Assembly: GCA_026647295.1 (NCBI GenBank)
Contig: JAPKHB010000001.1
Coordinates: forward strand, 1-49,713
From: Planctomycetota bacterium
GTDB lineage: Bacteria; Planctomycetota; PLA2; JAEUHO01
Direction of reading: 5' to 3'
Length of the DNA: 49,713 bases
Shown: in pieces, positions 27,068 through 37,579 of the stretch
Layout of the letters: the number at the start of each line of letters is the position of its first letter
Numbering within the stretch: the first letter of the stretch is position 1
Program-made: the position numbers and the translations under genes
The notes under the pieces: generated by a model
The model's database searches: none
What the model was told of the DNA's origin: nothing
What the model saw: only the letters and a program-made list of their open reading frames with translations

Positions 27068-28693
27068 ATGGATGGCAAGTCCGCTCTGCGCGCGCGCCTG
27101 GCCCAGCCGGGCCCGCTCCTCGTCATGGGGGCGCACAACGGCCTGTCGGCCCGGCTGGTCCGCGAGGCGGGCTTTGACGCGGTCTGGGCCTCGGGCTTTG
27201 AGATCTCGGCCAGCCACGGCGTCCCCGACGCCAACATCCTCACGATGACGGACAACCTGTGGGCGGCGCGCCAGATGGTGCCGGCGGGCCTGCCCGTGAT
27301 CGCCGACTGCGACAACGGCTACGGCAACGCGATCAACGTGATCCACATGGTGCGGGCCTACGAGGGCGAGGGCATCGCGGCCGTGTGCATCGAGGACAAC
27401 ATCTTCCCCAAGCGCTGCTCGTTCTACGCGGGCGTCGCGCGCGAGCTCTCGCCGATCGAGGAGCACGCGGGCAAGATCAAGGCCTGCCTGGACACGCGCC
27501 GCTCGGACGACTTCCTCGTGATCGCCCGCACCGAGGCGCTCATCGCCGGCTGGGGGATGGAGGAGGCCCTGCGGCGCGGCCGGGCCTACGCCGACGCCGG
27601 TGCGGACCTGGTGCTGATCCACAGCAAGAGCAAGGACGCGCGCGAAGTCCTCGAGTTCGCCCGCCGCTGGGACCGCCCGGCGCCGCTGGTCTGCGTCCCG
27701 ACGATCTACAAGACCACCACCGCGGACGAGCTCGCCGCGGCCGGCTTCAAGGTGGTGATCTTCGCCAACCACGGGCTGCGCGCCGCGATCCAGGCCATGC
27801 GCTCGACCTTCACCACCCTGCGCCGCGAGCAGCGCTGCGCCAGCGTGGAGGACCGGATCGTTCCGCTGGAGGACGTGTACGAGCTGATCGGCGTGCCGCG
27901 GATGAAGGCCGAGGAGCAGTCCTACCTGCCGGCCGGGGGCGCGCCGGTCGGGGCCGTGATCCTCGCGGCCGCCCCGAGCCCGGGGCTCGGCGAGCTGACG
28001 CAGGACCGTCCCAAGGCGATGCTCGACATCAAGGGCAAGCCCCTGCTCCAGCGCCAGGTCGAGGCGCTCAACGAGGCGGGCATCAAGGAGATCTCCGTCG
28101 TCGTGGGCTGGCAGAAGGACGCCGTGGACCTGCCCAACCTCCAGCGGTACGACGCGACGGGGAGCGAGGGCGAGGCCGCCTCCCTGATGTGCGCCGAGGC
28201 CGTGCTCGGCCGGCGCACCGTCGTGCTCTACGGCGACATCCTCTTCGACGGTGAGGTCGTCAAGCGGCTGCTCCAGACCGAAGGCGACATCGTCCTGGTC
28301 GTGGACCGCAGCAGCACGGAGCGGCCCGGCCGCGACCTGGTGCACACGACCAACGGGATCGCCGACGACGGGCGCATGCTGGCCGGCCAGCGGCGCGACA
28401 CCCTGGAGCGCATCGGGGTCGACCTGCCGGGGGCCAACGGCGAGTGGATCGGGATGCTGATGCTCACGCCCGCGGGCGCCCAGGCCCTGCGCGACGCCTG
28501 GCACGCGCGCGCCCGCCAGGGCGGCCAGGCGCCCGTGCACGAGGCGCCGTCGCTCGCGCGCGCCTCGCTGCCCGACCTCTTGCAGGCGCTGCGCGACGAG
28601 GGGCACCCGATCCACACCATCGACACGTACAAGGGCTGGATGGAGGTGGACACCTTCGAGGACTACCGGCGCGCCTGGAGCCTCGTCCGGTGA
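27068..28693 (+). CDS. pepM: phosphoenolpyruvate mutase fused to a C-terminal nucleotidyltransferase-like domain
   Basis: ATG 27068 within ORF 26591-28693. The N-terminal ~290 aa are of the isocitrate-lyase/PEP-mutase type (GAHNGLSARL, ADCDNGYGN, CIEDNIFPKRCSF). The C-terminal ~240 aa are NTP-transferase-like (AVILAAA...DRPKAMLDIKGKPLL...GWMEVDT). Confidence 0.9.
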   Translation: MDGKSALRARLAQPGPLLVMGAHNGLSARLVREAGFDAVWASGFEISASHGVPDANILTMTDNLWAARQMVPAGLPVIADCDNGYGNAINVIHMVRAYEGEGIAAVCIEDNIFPKRCSFYAGVARELSPIEEHAGKIKACLDTRRSDDFLVIARTEALIAGWGMEEALRRGRAYADAGADLVLIHSKSKDAREVLEFARRWDRPAPLVCVPTIYKTTTADELAAAGFKVVIFANHGLRAAIQAMRSTFTTLRREQRCASVEDRIVPLEDVYELIGVPRMKAEEQSYLPAGGAPVGAVILAAAPSPGLGELTQDRPKAMLDIKGKPLLQRQVEALNEAGIKEISVVVGWQKDAVDLPNLQRYDATGSEGEAASLMCAEAVLGRRTVVLYGDILFDGEVVKRLLQTEGDIVLVVDRSSTERPGRDLVHTTNGIADDGRMLAGQRRDTLERIGVDLPGANGEWIGMLMLTPAGAQALRDAWHARARQGGQAPVHEAPSLARASLPDLLQALRDEGHPIHTIDTYKGWMEVDTFEDYRRAWSLVR

Positions 28694-28748
28694 AGGCCGC
28701 CGCGCTCCCCCTGGGCACCCCGGCCCGCGCGGCGTGGGGGCGGTGCTG

Positions 28749-29249
28749 ATGCCCTGCTCCGCGCGCTTCCTCGACGCCCTGCGGGCCCAGGGATACGACT
28801 GGTTCGCCGGCGTCCCCTGCTCGCTGCTCAAGGGCGTCATCCGCCGCTTCGACCAGGAGCCGGCGTGGGGCTACGTGAGCGCCACGCGCGAGGACTCGGC
28901 CGTGGGCATGGCGGCGGGCGCCTGGCTCGCCGGCCGCCGGCCGGCCGTGTTCCTCCAGAACAGCGGGCTGGGCGTGTGCCTCAACGCCCTGGTGAGCCTC
29001 AACATCATCTACGAGATCCCCCTGCTCCTGGTGGCCTCGTGGCGGGGCGAAGGCGGGCAGGACGCGCCGGAACACCTCGTGATGGGCGAGATCATGACGG
29101 GCTACTTCGACCAGATCCACCTGCCCTGGCGGCACCTCCAACCCGGGACGATCGAGGCCGACCTGGCGGCGATCACGCAGGAGATCGACCGCCGCCGGGT
29201 CCCGGGCGCGCTGATCGTCTCCAAGGGGGTGCTCGATGCGTCGCGCTGA
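28749..29249 (+). CDS. phosphonopyruvate decarboxylase, alpha subunit (TPP pyrimidine-binding half)
   Basis: FLDALRAQGYDWFAGVPCSLLKG...REDSAVGMAAGAWLAG is typical of Ppd/sulfopyruvate-decarboxylase N-halves. ATG 28749; an alternative GTG start is at 28734. Context is next to pepM. Confidence 0.8.
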   Translation: MPCSARFLDALRAQGYDWFAGVPCSLLKGVIRRFDQEPAWGYVSATREDSAVGMAAGAWLAGRRPAVFLQNSGLGVCLNALVSLNIIYEIPLLLVASWRGEGGQDAPEHLVMGEIMTGYFDQIHLPWRHLQPGTIEADLAAITQEIDRRRVPGALIVSKGVLDASR

Positions 29250-29808
29250 AGCCGTCGAAGCCGTGATGCGGGCGGTCGGCGACCGCCTCCTGGTGGTGTG
29301 CAACGGGATGATCGGACGCGAGGCCTTCACCCACGGCGACCGCCCCCACAACTTCTACATGATCGGCTCCATGGGCCTGGCGCTGTCGATCGGCTTCGGG
29401 GTGGCGCAGTGCCGCCCCGACCGCCCGGTGGTTGTGCTGGACGGCGACGGCAACGTCCTGATGGGCGCCGGAGTGCTGGCCAGCGTGGCCGCCGCGGGCC
29501 AAACGAACCTCTACCACGTGGTGCTCGACAACGAGGCCCACGGGTCCACGGGCGACCAGCGCACCATCACCGAGACCGTCGACCTGACCGCGCTCGCCCG
29601 CGGCGCGGGCTACGCGTGGGCCGGCCGGGTCGAGGCCGAACGGTTGGCGGCGGAACTGCCGGCATTCTTCGCCCGGCCGGGGCCGGCGATGCTCCTCGCC
29701 AAGGTCGAGCGCGGCAACGTGAAGGGCATCGGGCGGGTGACCTGGACGCCCCCCGAGATCGCGCGCCGCTTCGCCCAGGCCGCGCAGGCCGGGCGGACCG
29801 GCGGGTAG
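29236..29808 (+). CDS. phosphonopyruvate decarboxylase, beta subunit (TPP diphosphate-binding half)
   Basis: LDGDGNVLMGAGVLASV...VVLDNEAHGSTG (GDG...N TPP motif). The start overlaps the end of the alpha subunit by 14 nt. Confidence 0.8.
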   Translation: MRRAEAVEAVMRAVGDRLLVVCNGMIGREAFTHGDRPHNFYMIGSMGLALSIGFGVAQCRPDRPVVVLDGDGNVLMGAGVLASVAAAGQTNLYHVVLDNEAHGSTGDQRTITETVDLTALARGAGYAWAGRVEAERLAAELPAFFARPGPAMLLAKVERGNVKGIGRVTWTPPEIARRFAQAAQAGRTGG

Positions 29809-29813
29809 GCGCC

Positions 29814-30872
29814 ATGGGCCAGGCCTTCACCCTGCTCAACCCGGGCCCGATCAACGTCTCGGCGCGCGTGCGCGAGGCGCTGGCCCGCAGCGAGGACCAG
29901 TGCCACCGCGAGCCGGAGTACCTCGGCCTGCAGGCCCGCGTGCGCGACAAGCTGGTGGGTGCGTTCGGCGTCGGCCGGGACTACGAGGCGGTGCTGCTCA
30001 CGGGGTCGGGGACGGCGGCCATGGAGGCCATGGTCGCCAGCGTCACCGGCCGCGGCCTGCTGGTGGTCGAGAACGGCGTCTACGGCGCGCGCCTGGCCGC
30101 CATGGGCCGGGCCCACGGGCTCCGGGTCAAGACGCTGGCCACCGGCTGGTTCGAGCGCCCCGATCCGCGGGCGGTCGAGGCGGCGCTGGAGCCCGAACTC
30201 GACACGCTCGCGGTCGTGCACCACGAGACGACCACCGGGCTGATCAACGACCTGCCCGCGTTGGGCGAACTCGCCCGCCGCCGGGGCCTCAACCTGATCG
30301 TGGACAGCGTGAGCGGGCTCGGCGGCGAGGCCCTTGACTTCGACGCCGTCGCCCCCGCGGCGGTCTGCTGCACGGCCAACAAGTGCGTGCAGGGCCTGCC
30401 CGGCGTGGCCTTCGTGTTCGTGCGCCGCGGCACGCCCCTGGCCACACGCTCGGTGTACCTCGACCTCGGGGCCCAGCTCGAGGTCCAGCGCCGGGGCGAC
30501 ACGCCCTTCACGCCGGCCATCCAGGTGACGGCGGCGTTGGAGGCGGCGCTGGACGAGTTGCTCGAGGAGACCGTCCCGGGGCGCATCGCCCGCTACCAGG
30601 CGGCGGCCCGCGTCGTGCGCGACGCGCTCGCGGCGCTCGGCCTGGAACTGCTCCTGCCGCCGCCGCTGCGCTCGAACACGATCACGAGCGCGCGCCTGCC
30701 GGCGGGCGTGGGCTACGAGCGCGTGCACGACCGCATGCGCGAGGACGGCTACGTCATCTACGGCGGGCAGGGCGACCTGCGCCGCACGGCCTTCCGGATC
30801 GCCAACATGGGCGCGCTTCCGCCGGCGGCCCTCGCGGGCCTCGGGCCGGCGCTGCGGCGAGCCCTGTCGTGA
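29814..30872 (+). CDS. phnW: 2-aminoethylphosphonate:pyruvate aminotransferase (class V aminotransferase)
   Basis: ATG 29814 within ORF 29298-30872. LLNPGPINVS start, HHETTTGL, and the CCTANKCVQGLPG lysine motif, as in PhnW/AEP transaminases. Confidence 0.85.
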   Translation: MGQAFTLLNPGPINVSARVREALARSEDQCHREPEYLGLQARVRDKLVGAFGVGRDYEAVLLTGSGTAAMEAMVASVTGRGLLVVENGVYGARLAAMGRAHGLRVKTLATGWFERPDPRAVEAALEPELDTLAVVHHETTTGLINDLPALGELARRRGLNLIVDSVSGLGGEALDFDAVAPAAVCCTANKCVQGLPGVAFVFVRRGTPLATRSVYLDLGAQLEVQRRGDTPFTPAIQVTAALEAALDELLEETVPGRIARYQAAARVVRDALAALGLELLLPPPLRSNTITSARLPAGVGYERVHDRMREDGYVIYGGQGDLRRTAFRIANMGALPPAALAGLGPALRRALS

Positions 30873-31543
30873 TCGCGGTGCTGCTCGCGGCGGGCGTGGG
30901 GCGCCGGCTGGGCCGCGCGTCGCCCAAGTGCCTGCTCGAGGTCGGGGGACGCACGCTGCTCGAACGGCACCTGGAGAACCTCGCGGCCCTCGGGATCCCC
31001 GTGCGCGTGGTCACGGGCTTCGGGGCCCGCGAGGTCCACGCCTTCGTCCCGCCCGCACAGACGGTCCACAACCCCGAGTACCGGCGGGGGAGCCTGCGCT
31101 CGCTCGCCGCGGGGCTCGAGGGGCTCGACGACGACGTCCTGGTGATGGACGCCGACGTGCTGTACGACCCCTCGATCCTGGCCGACGTGGCCCGGCTCGA
31201 GCGGGGCTTTGCCCTCGACCCCCGCACCGACCCGGGCGAAGAGGAGATGATGATCGGGGTGCGGGAGGGCGTGGTGCGGGCCATCCGCCGGGGACGCCTC
31301 GAGGGCTTTGACCTCGTGGGCGAAGGCGTCGGCTTCTTCAAGGTCGACCGCGCCTCGCTCCCGGCGCTGGCGGCCTGCGTCGCCCGGGCCGATCCGGACG
31401 GCGACTACGAGCAGGCGCTGGACGAGTTCGTGGGGCGCTGGGGCGCCGGGTTCGTGCGGGTGGGCGGCCGGGCGTGGACGGAGATCGACTTCCCCGAGGA
31501 CCTGGAGCGCGCCGCGCGCGAGATCCTGCCGCGCCTCGCCTGA
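30869..31543 (+). CDS. LicC-like nucleotidyltransferase (candidate phosphonate cytidylyltransferase)
   Basis: The GTG start overlaps the phnW stop (GTGA 30869-30872). Intact signature VLLAAGVGRRLG...PKCLLEVGGRTLL. 224 aa. Confidence 0.75.
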   Translation: MIAVLLAAGVGRRLGRASPKCLLEVGGRTLLERHLENLAALGIPVRVVTGFGAREVHAFVPPAQTVHNPEYRRGSLRSLAAGLEGLDDDVLVMDADVLYDPSILADVARLERGFALDPRTDPGEEEMMIGVREGVVRAIRRGRLEGFDLVGEGVGFFKVDRASLPALAACVARADPDGDYEQALDEFVGRWGAGFVRVGGRAWTEIDFPEDLERAAREILPRLA

Positions 31544-31564
31544 CCCGGGCTCCGGAAGACCCGG

Positions 31565-32371
31565 TCAGGGGCGTCGGCGGCGCGTGGGCGGCGCGGCGCC
31601 GGGGTCGGGCCCCCAGCCGGCGGGATCCTGGCGGTAGTAGGCCGCGAGCAGGGCGTACAGGTCGGGGTGACGGCGGCGCAGCGCGCGGGGGCGGTCGAAG
31701 AAGGACTCCGTGAGCACGGCGAAGAACTCGCACTCCGCGCTCGCCCCGTAGGGGTCGAGGAAGGTGTCCCGGCCGCGGTCCTCCGCGGCGCCCAGCCGCT
31801 CGAACTCCCGGGCCATGGCCTCGCGCCAGCGGGCGGCCAGGTCGCGGTCGCCCAGGTCCGGCATCCCGTCCATCCAGCCGGTCTCCTGGTCGAGGCGGTG
31901 GGCGAACTCGTGGAAGACGACGTTGTAGCCCTGCCCGGGCTCCGCGATGCCGGCCTCCACGTCGGGCCACGACAGCGAGACGAAGCCCACGTGCCAGGAC
32001 TCGCCCGCGTGCACCACGCCCTCGTGCACGATGCCGATCTCGTCCACCTCGCCGTGCGGCGCCTCGATCTCGTCGGGGTGGACGAGCACGGAGGCCACGT
32101 TGGGGTAGTGGTCGTTGTCCAGGTTCACGATCAGCAGCGCGGCCTGCGCCGCGATCAGCACGGTCATCCGCTCCTCGAGCGCCAGGCCGTCCACGCCCTC
32201 CCAGCGCTTCTCGGCCACCAGGACGCGGGTGCGCTCCTGCCAGCGCCGGCGCGCTTCGGGCGCGAGGCGGTCGGCGAACCACAGCGTGCGCAGCCACTCC
32301 TCCCAGGCGGGCGGGGGCGGGGCCGCGAGCAGCCGCGCGCGCCGGCGCTGGCGCCCCCATCCGAACACCAC
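31565..32371 (-). CDS. mtfA: MtfA-like zinc peptidase (M90 family)
   Basis: GTG 32371 lies just after the upstream gene's stop. HEFAHRLD motif. The C-terminal ECEFFAVLTESFFDRP...LYALLAAYYRQDP closely parallels E. coli MtfA (AECFAVLSEYFFSAP...FCQFYQQDP). Confidence 0.8.
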   Translation of the reverse strand: MVFGWGRQRRRARLLAAPPPPAWEEWLRTLWFADRLAPEARRRWQERTRVLVAEKRWEGVDGLALEERMTVLIAAQAALLIVNLDNDHYPNVASVLVHPDEIEAPHGEVDEIGIVHEGVVHAGESWHVGFVSLSWPDVEAGIAEPGQGYNVVFHEFAHRLDQETGWMDGMPDLGDRDLAARWREAMAREFERLGAAEDRGRDTFLDPYGASAECEFFAVLTESFFDRPRALRRRHPDLYALLAAYYRQDPAGWGPDPGAAPPTRRRRP

Positions 32372-32376
32372 GGCGC

Positions 32377-33147
32377 CTACTCCCGCCCCGCGCGGTCGGC
32401 CCGGCGCTGCCACCCGAGGGCGCAAAGCGCCAGCAGGTTCAGCGGGCCCACCGCGACCCACGCGTAGGCCTCGGCGCGCCCCCACGCCGCGGCCAGCGCC
32501 AACAGGGCGAGGTGCGTGCTCGGCCCCACCCACAGCCACAGCCGCAGCGCCGGCGCGGCCGCGCGCCGGTAGGCGTCGCGGTCGGCGACCGCGCCGGCCC
32601 GGTTGAGGCGCGCCGCGTAGGGCAGGAAGCGTCCGAGCAGCCAGCGCCGCCAGCCGCGGGCCTCCGCGCGCTCGCGTTCGATGGCCGCCAGGTCGTCGGT
32701 GTCGCCCCGGTAGCGGCGCTTGTAGCGGTCCAGCGCGGCCGAGCACGCGGCGAGCGAGGCCCCGGCGCCCAGGCCCAACGCGAGCGCCCCCGCCAACGGC
32801 AGGCCCCGGGCGAGGTCCACGCACAACCCCACGTGCAGGGCGATGCCGGCGGCGTAGTCACCCAGCCCGTCCACCGCCCGACCGAGGTAGCCCGGCACGC
32901 CCCGCCGCCGGGCGAGCTGCCCGTCGGCGCAGTCCCAGGCGAGGAAGCCCAACAGCCCCGCCGCGCACCACGCGCCCGCACCCAGGCCGAGGAACACGCC
33001 GGCCGCGACGCCGTGCGCGGCGGCGATCAGGGTGAGTTGGTTGGGGGTGAGCGGCGTGCGCGCCGCCAGCGCCACCAGCGCACGCGCGACCGGCCGCGAG
33101 TACAGCCGATCGACCCACTCGTCGGTGCCGAGGCCGGGGGGTGCCAT
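32377..33147 (-). CDS. CDP-alcohol phosphatidyltransferase family protein
   Basis: ATG 33147 within ORF 32377-33261. Complete motif D-G-x2-A-R-x8-G-x3-D-x3-D in DCADGQLARRRGVPGYLGRAVDGLGD. Multiple TM helices. Confidence 0.8.
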   Translation of the reverse strand: MAPPGLGTDEWVDRLYSRPVARALVALAARTPLTPNQLTLIAAAHGVAAGVFLGLGAGAWCAAGLLGFLAWDCADGQLARRRGVPGYLGRAVDGLGDYAAGIALHVGLCVDLARGLPLAGALALGLGAGASLAACSAALDRYKRRYRGDTDDLAAIERERAEARGWRRWLLGRFLPYAARLNRAGAVADRDAYRRAAAPALRLWLWVGPSTHLALLALAAAWGRAEAYAWVAVGPLNLLALCALGWQRRADRAGRE

Positions 33148-33174
33148 GGGGCCGGAGTCTACGCCACGCGACGC

Positions 33175-33216
33175 CTCGAATGGCCATACGGAGCCAGGCT
33201 CCGGTGCATCATTCGA
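33175..33216 (+). repeat. palindromic intergenic repeat, copy 2
   Basis: ctcgaatggccaTACGGAGCCAGGCTCCGGTGCATCAttcga. Lies in the divergent region between 33147 (-) and 33297 (+). Confidence 0.9.
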
Positions 33217-33296
33217 CGCCCGCCCGTCAAGCGGAGCCGGGCCCGCACGCAAGGGGCGCATCCCCCCGGCGAGGCGGCCGGGTAGACTCCCGCGCC

Positions 33297-33656
33297 ATGG
33301 CGCGCCTTGCCTTCCTCCTCGCCCACTCCACCGAGGCCCCCGACCGGGCCGTCACGGTGCTCGCCATGGCGCTGGCCACCCAACGGGCCGGGCACGAGGT
33401 CGTCCTGTGGCTCACCGGCGAGGGCGTCCGGCTGGGGGTCGTGCACGTGGCGGAGACGCTGCGCGAGCCCGGTCCGCTGGGCGCCGCCGAGATGGTGGCC
33501 GCGCTCGTCGCCGGCGGCGCGCCGCTCCTTTGCGAACGGCGCTCCTTCGAAGTCCGGGAGTTCGAAGCCGACGCCCTGCGCCCGGGGGCCGCGGTGGCCG
33601 AACCCGAACGCCTGGCGGCGCTCCTGGCCGACGGCTTCCAGGCCGTCACCCCCTGA
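33297..33656 (+). CDS. DsrE/DsrF-like family protein
   Basis: 119 aa from ATG 33297. MARLAFLLAHSTEAPDRAVTVLAMALATQRAGHEVVLWLTGEGV is typical of DsrE-like sulfur-relay folds. Its stop is 2 nt before the next gene. Confidence 0.55.
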   Translation: MARLAFLLAHSTEAPDRAVTVLAMALATQRAGHEVVLWLTGEGVRLGVVHVAETLREPGPLGAAEMVAALVAGGAPLLCERRSFEVREFEADALRPGAAVAEPERLAALLADGFQAVTP

Positions 33657-33658
33657 CC

Positions 33659-35550
33659 ATGCAGCGGCTGGAGGTCATCGAGGGCCGCGCCGAGCCGGGC
33701 GTCGTCGCGGTCACGGACGAGGTATTGATCGGCCGCACCCACCACGCGGCGCTGCGCGTCTTCGACGACACGGCTTCGCGCCAGCACGCCGCGGTGCGCG
33801 TGGGCGGCCTGCGCACGGTGCTGGTGGACCTGGACTCCGCCAACGGAACCTGGCTCAACGGCGCCCGCGTGCGGGGCGAAGCGGCGCTCTTCGACGGCGA
33901 CGAGATCCGCATCGGCTCCGTGCGCCTGCGCTTTCGCACGACCGACGGGGCCGAACGCGAGACGGTCGCCGACGAAGACGCCGAGGTGCGGGCCAGCGTC
34001 GACCCGGAGGCCGTCGACCCCGCCCGCGAGGCCGCCCACGAACGCGCGGCCGCGCGTTTGCGGCTGGTGTGCGACGCGGCGCTGTGCGCGGCGGACGCGC
34101 CCACCGCCGCCGCGCTCGCCGCAACCCTCCTCGAGCGCCTGGCGGAGGCTTTCGCCCCGGACCGGGCCACGGTCGTGGTCCGCGGCGCGGGCGGCGTCCC
34201 GCGCGTGTTGGCGGCGCGGCCGCCGGGGAGCCCCGTCCCCGCCTCGCGCACGATCGCGCGGCGGGTGCTGGAGCAGGGCGAGGCGTTGTGGGTCGGCGCG
34301 GGCGGGACGGCGGGCGGAGCGGGCGCGGGAGACCCGGCCGGCCGCTCCATCGTGGCCGGGCGCTTCCGCTCCGCCCTCGCCGCCCCGCTCAAGGCCGGGG
34401 CCGAGGTGCTGGGCATGCTCTGCCTCGAGGCCGAGCGCCCGGACGCCTACGAGCGCGCCGACCTGGACGCCTTGGCCGCCGTGGCGCGCCAGGCGGCCCT
34501 GGCGTTGCGCAACCTGCACGGGCTCGACGTGGCCCGCGCCGAGTTGGGGCGCCTCGCCCGCCACGCGCGCGGGGCCCGGGCCGGCGCCGACGCGCCGCCC
34601 ATCCTGGGGGAGCACCCCCGCATGGAAGCGCTGCGCGAGCGCCTCGGGCGGGCGGCGGCGAGCGACGCGCCCGTGCTGGTGACCGGCGAGACCGGCACCG
34701 GCAAGGAGTTGGTGGCGCGCCACCTGCACGCCCAGGCGCCGCGGCGGGCCGAACCCTTCGTGGCCCTCAACTGCGCGGCGCTGGTCGAGGGCTTGCTCGA
34801 GAGTGAGTTCTTCGGCCACGAACAGGGCGCGTTCAGCGGCGCCGTCGAGCGGCGCGAGGGCCGGATCGTCCAGGCCGGACGCGGCACGCTCTTCCTGGAC
34901 GAGGTCGGCGACCTGTCCCCGACGCTCCAGGCCAAGCTCCTGCGCGTGCTCTCGGAGGGGACCTTCACCCGCGTGGGCGGAACGGAGACCCTGACGCTGG
35001 GCTGCCGGGTGGTGGCCGCCACGCACCGGGACCTCCTTGCGCTCGTGAAGCAGGGCGCCTTCCGCGAAGACCTCTATTACCGCCTCGCGGTGGTGACGCT
35101 GGAGGTGCCCCCCCTGCGCGCCCGGGGGGACGACGTGCTGCTGCTGGCCGAGGTCGCCCTCGAGCGGCTCGCGGCGCGCCTGGGCCGGCGCGTGCCCCGG
35201 CTCACCGACGACGCGCGCGAGCGCCTGCGGGCCTACGGCTGGCCCGGCAACGTGCGCGAGCTCTTCAACGTGCTGGAGCGCGTGCTCGTGCTGCTCGACG
35301 GGGAGACCGTCGGCGGGGCGGACCTGCGGCTGGGGGACGCGCCGGGGGCCGCGGGGGTGGCGGCCCCCGGCGCGGCGCCCGAAGGCGAGGTGCTCACGCT
35401 CCGGGAGGCCGAGGCCCGGGCCGTGCGCGCAGCGCTCGCCGCCACCGGGGGCGCAAGGGCGCCGCGGCCCAACTCCTGGGCGTGTCGTGGCCGACGCTCA
35501 ACCGCAAGATCCGCGAGTACGGCGTGGAGGTCCCGCGCGGCGCCGGTTGA
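33659..35550 (+). pseudogene. FHA-GAF-AAA+ sigma54-dependent transcriptional activator, frameshifted before the Fis-type HTH
   Basis: FHA domain (GRTHHAALRVFDDTASRQHAAV...SANGTWLNG). GAF-like middle region. Sigma54-interaction domain (VLVTGETGTGKE, ESEFFGHEQGAFSGA, LFLDEVGDL, WPGNVREL). After ...ALAATGG the frame turns to junk. The -1 frame reads RKGAAAQLLGVSWPTLNRKIREYGVEVPRGAG-stop (TGA 35548-50). The break is at the G5 run 35447-35451. It could instead be a homopolymer sequencing error. Confidence 0.7.
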
Positions 35551-35711
35551 ACGGGCCGTTCCGGCGCCCTTGAACGTTCCGTTCAGTCCGCCTGGCGGGC
35601 GGGGGCGCGGCACACGGCGGGGGTTCGCCCCTAAACTGCCCTGTGCAAAGGACTTGCGCCGGGCGCGCCCCGGGCGCGCCCGATGGGCACGCGGCTTGAT
35701 CGAGGGCTGCC

Positions 35712-37556
<1,845 letters not shown>

Positions 37557-37579
37557 CCCCCTTCCCCGGGAGCATCACC

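Noticed and set aside
35447-35452. Programmed -1 ribosomal frameshifting at the G run of the activator gene.
   Set aside because: C-GGG-GGC is not a canonical X-XXY-YYZ slippery heptamer, and I saw no obvious downstream pseudoknot or hairpin. A mutation or homopolymer error is the simpler explanation.
35683-35700. A sigma54-like motif TGGGCACGCGGCTTGATC just upstream of the kinase gene.
   Set aside because: There is an extra G in the -24 element, and the -12 position reads GA instead of the near-invariant GC. It also sits only ~12 nt from the annotated start.
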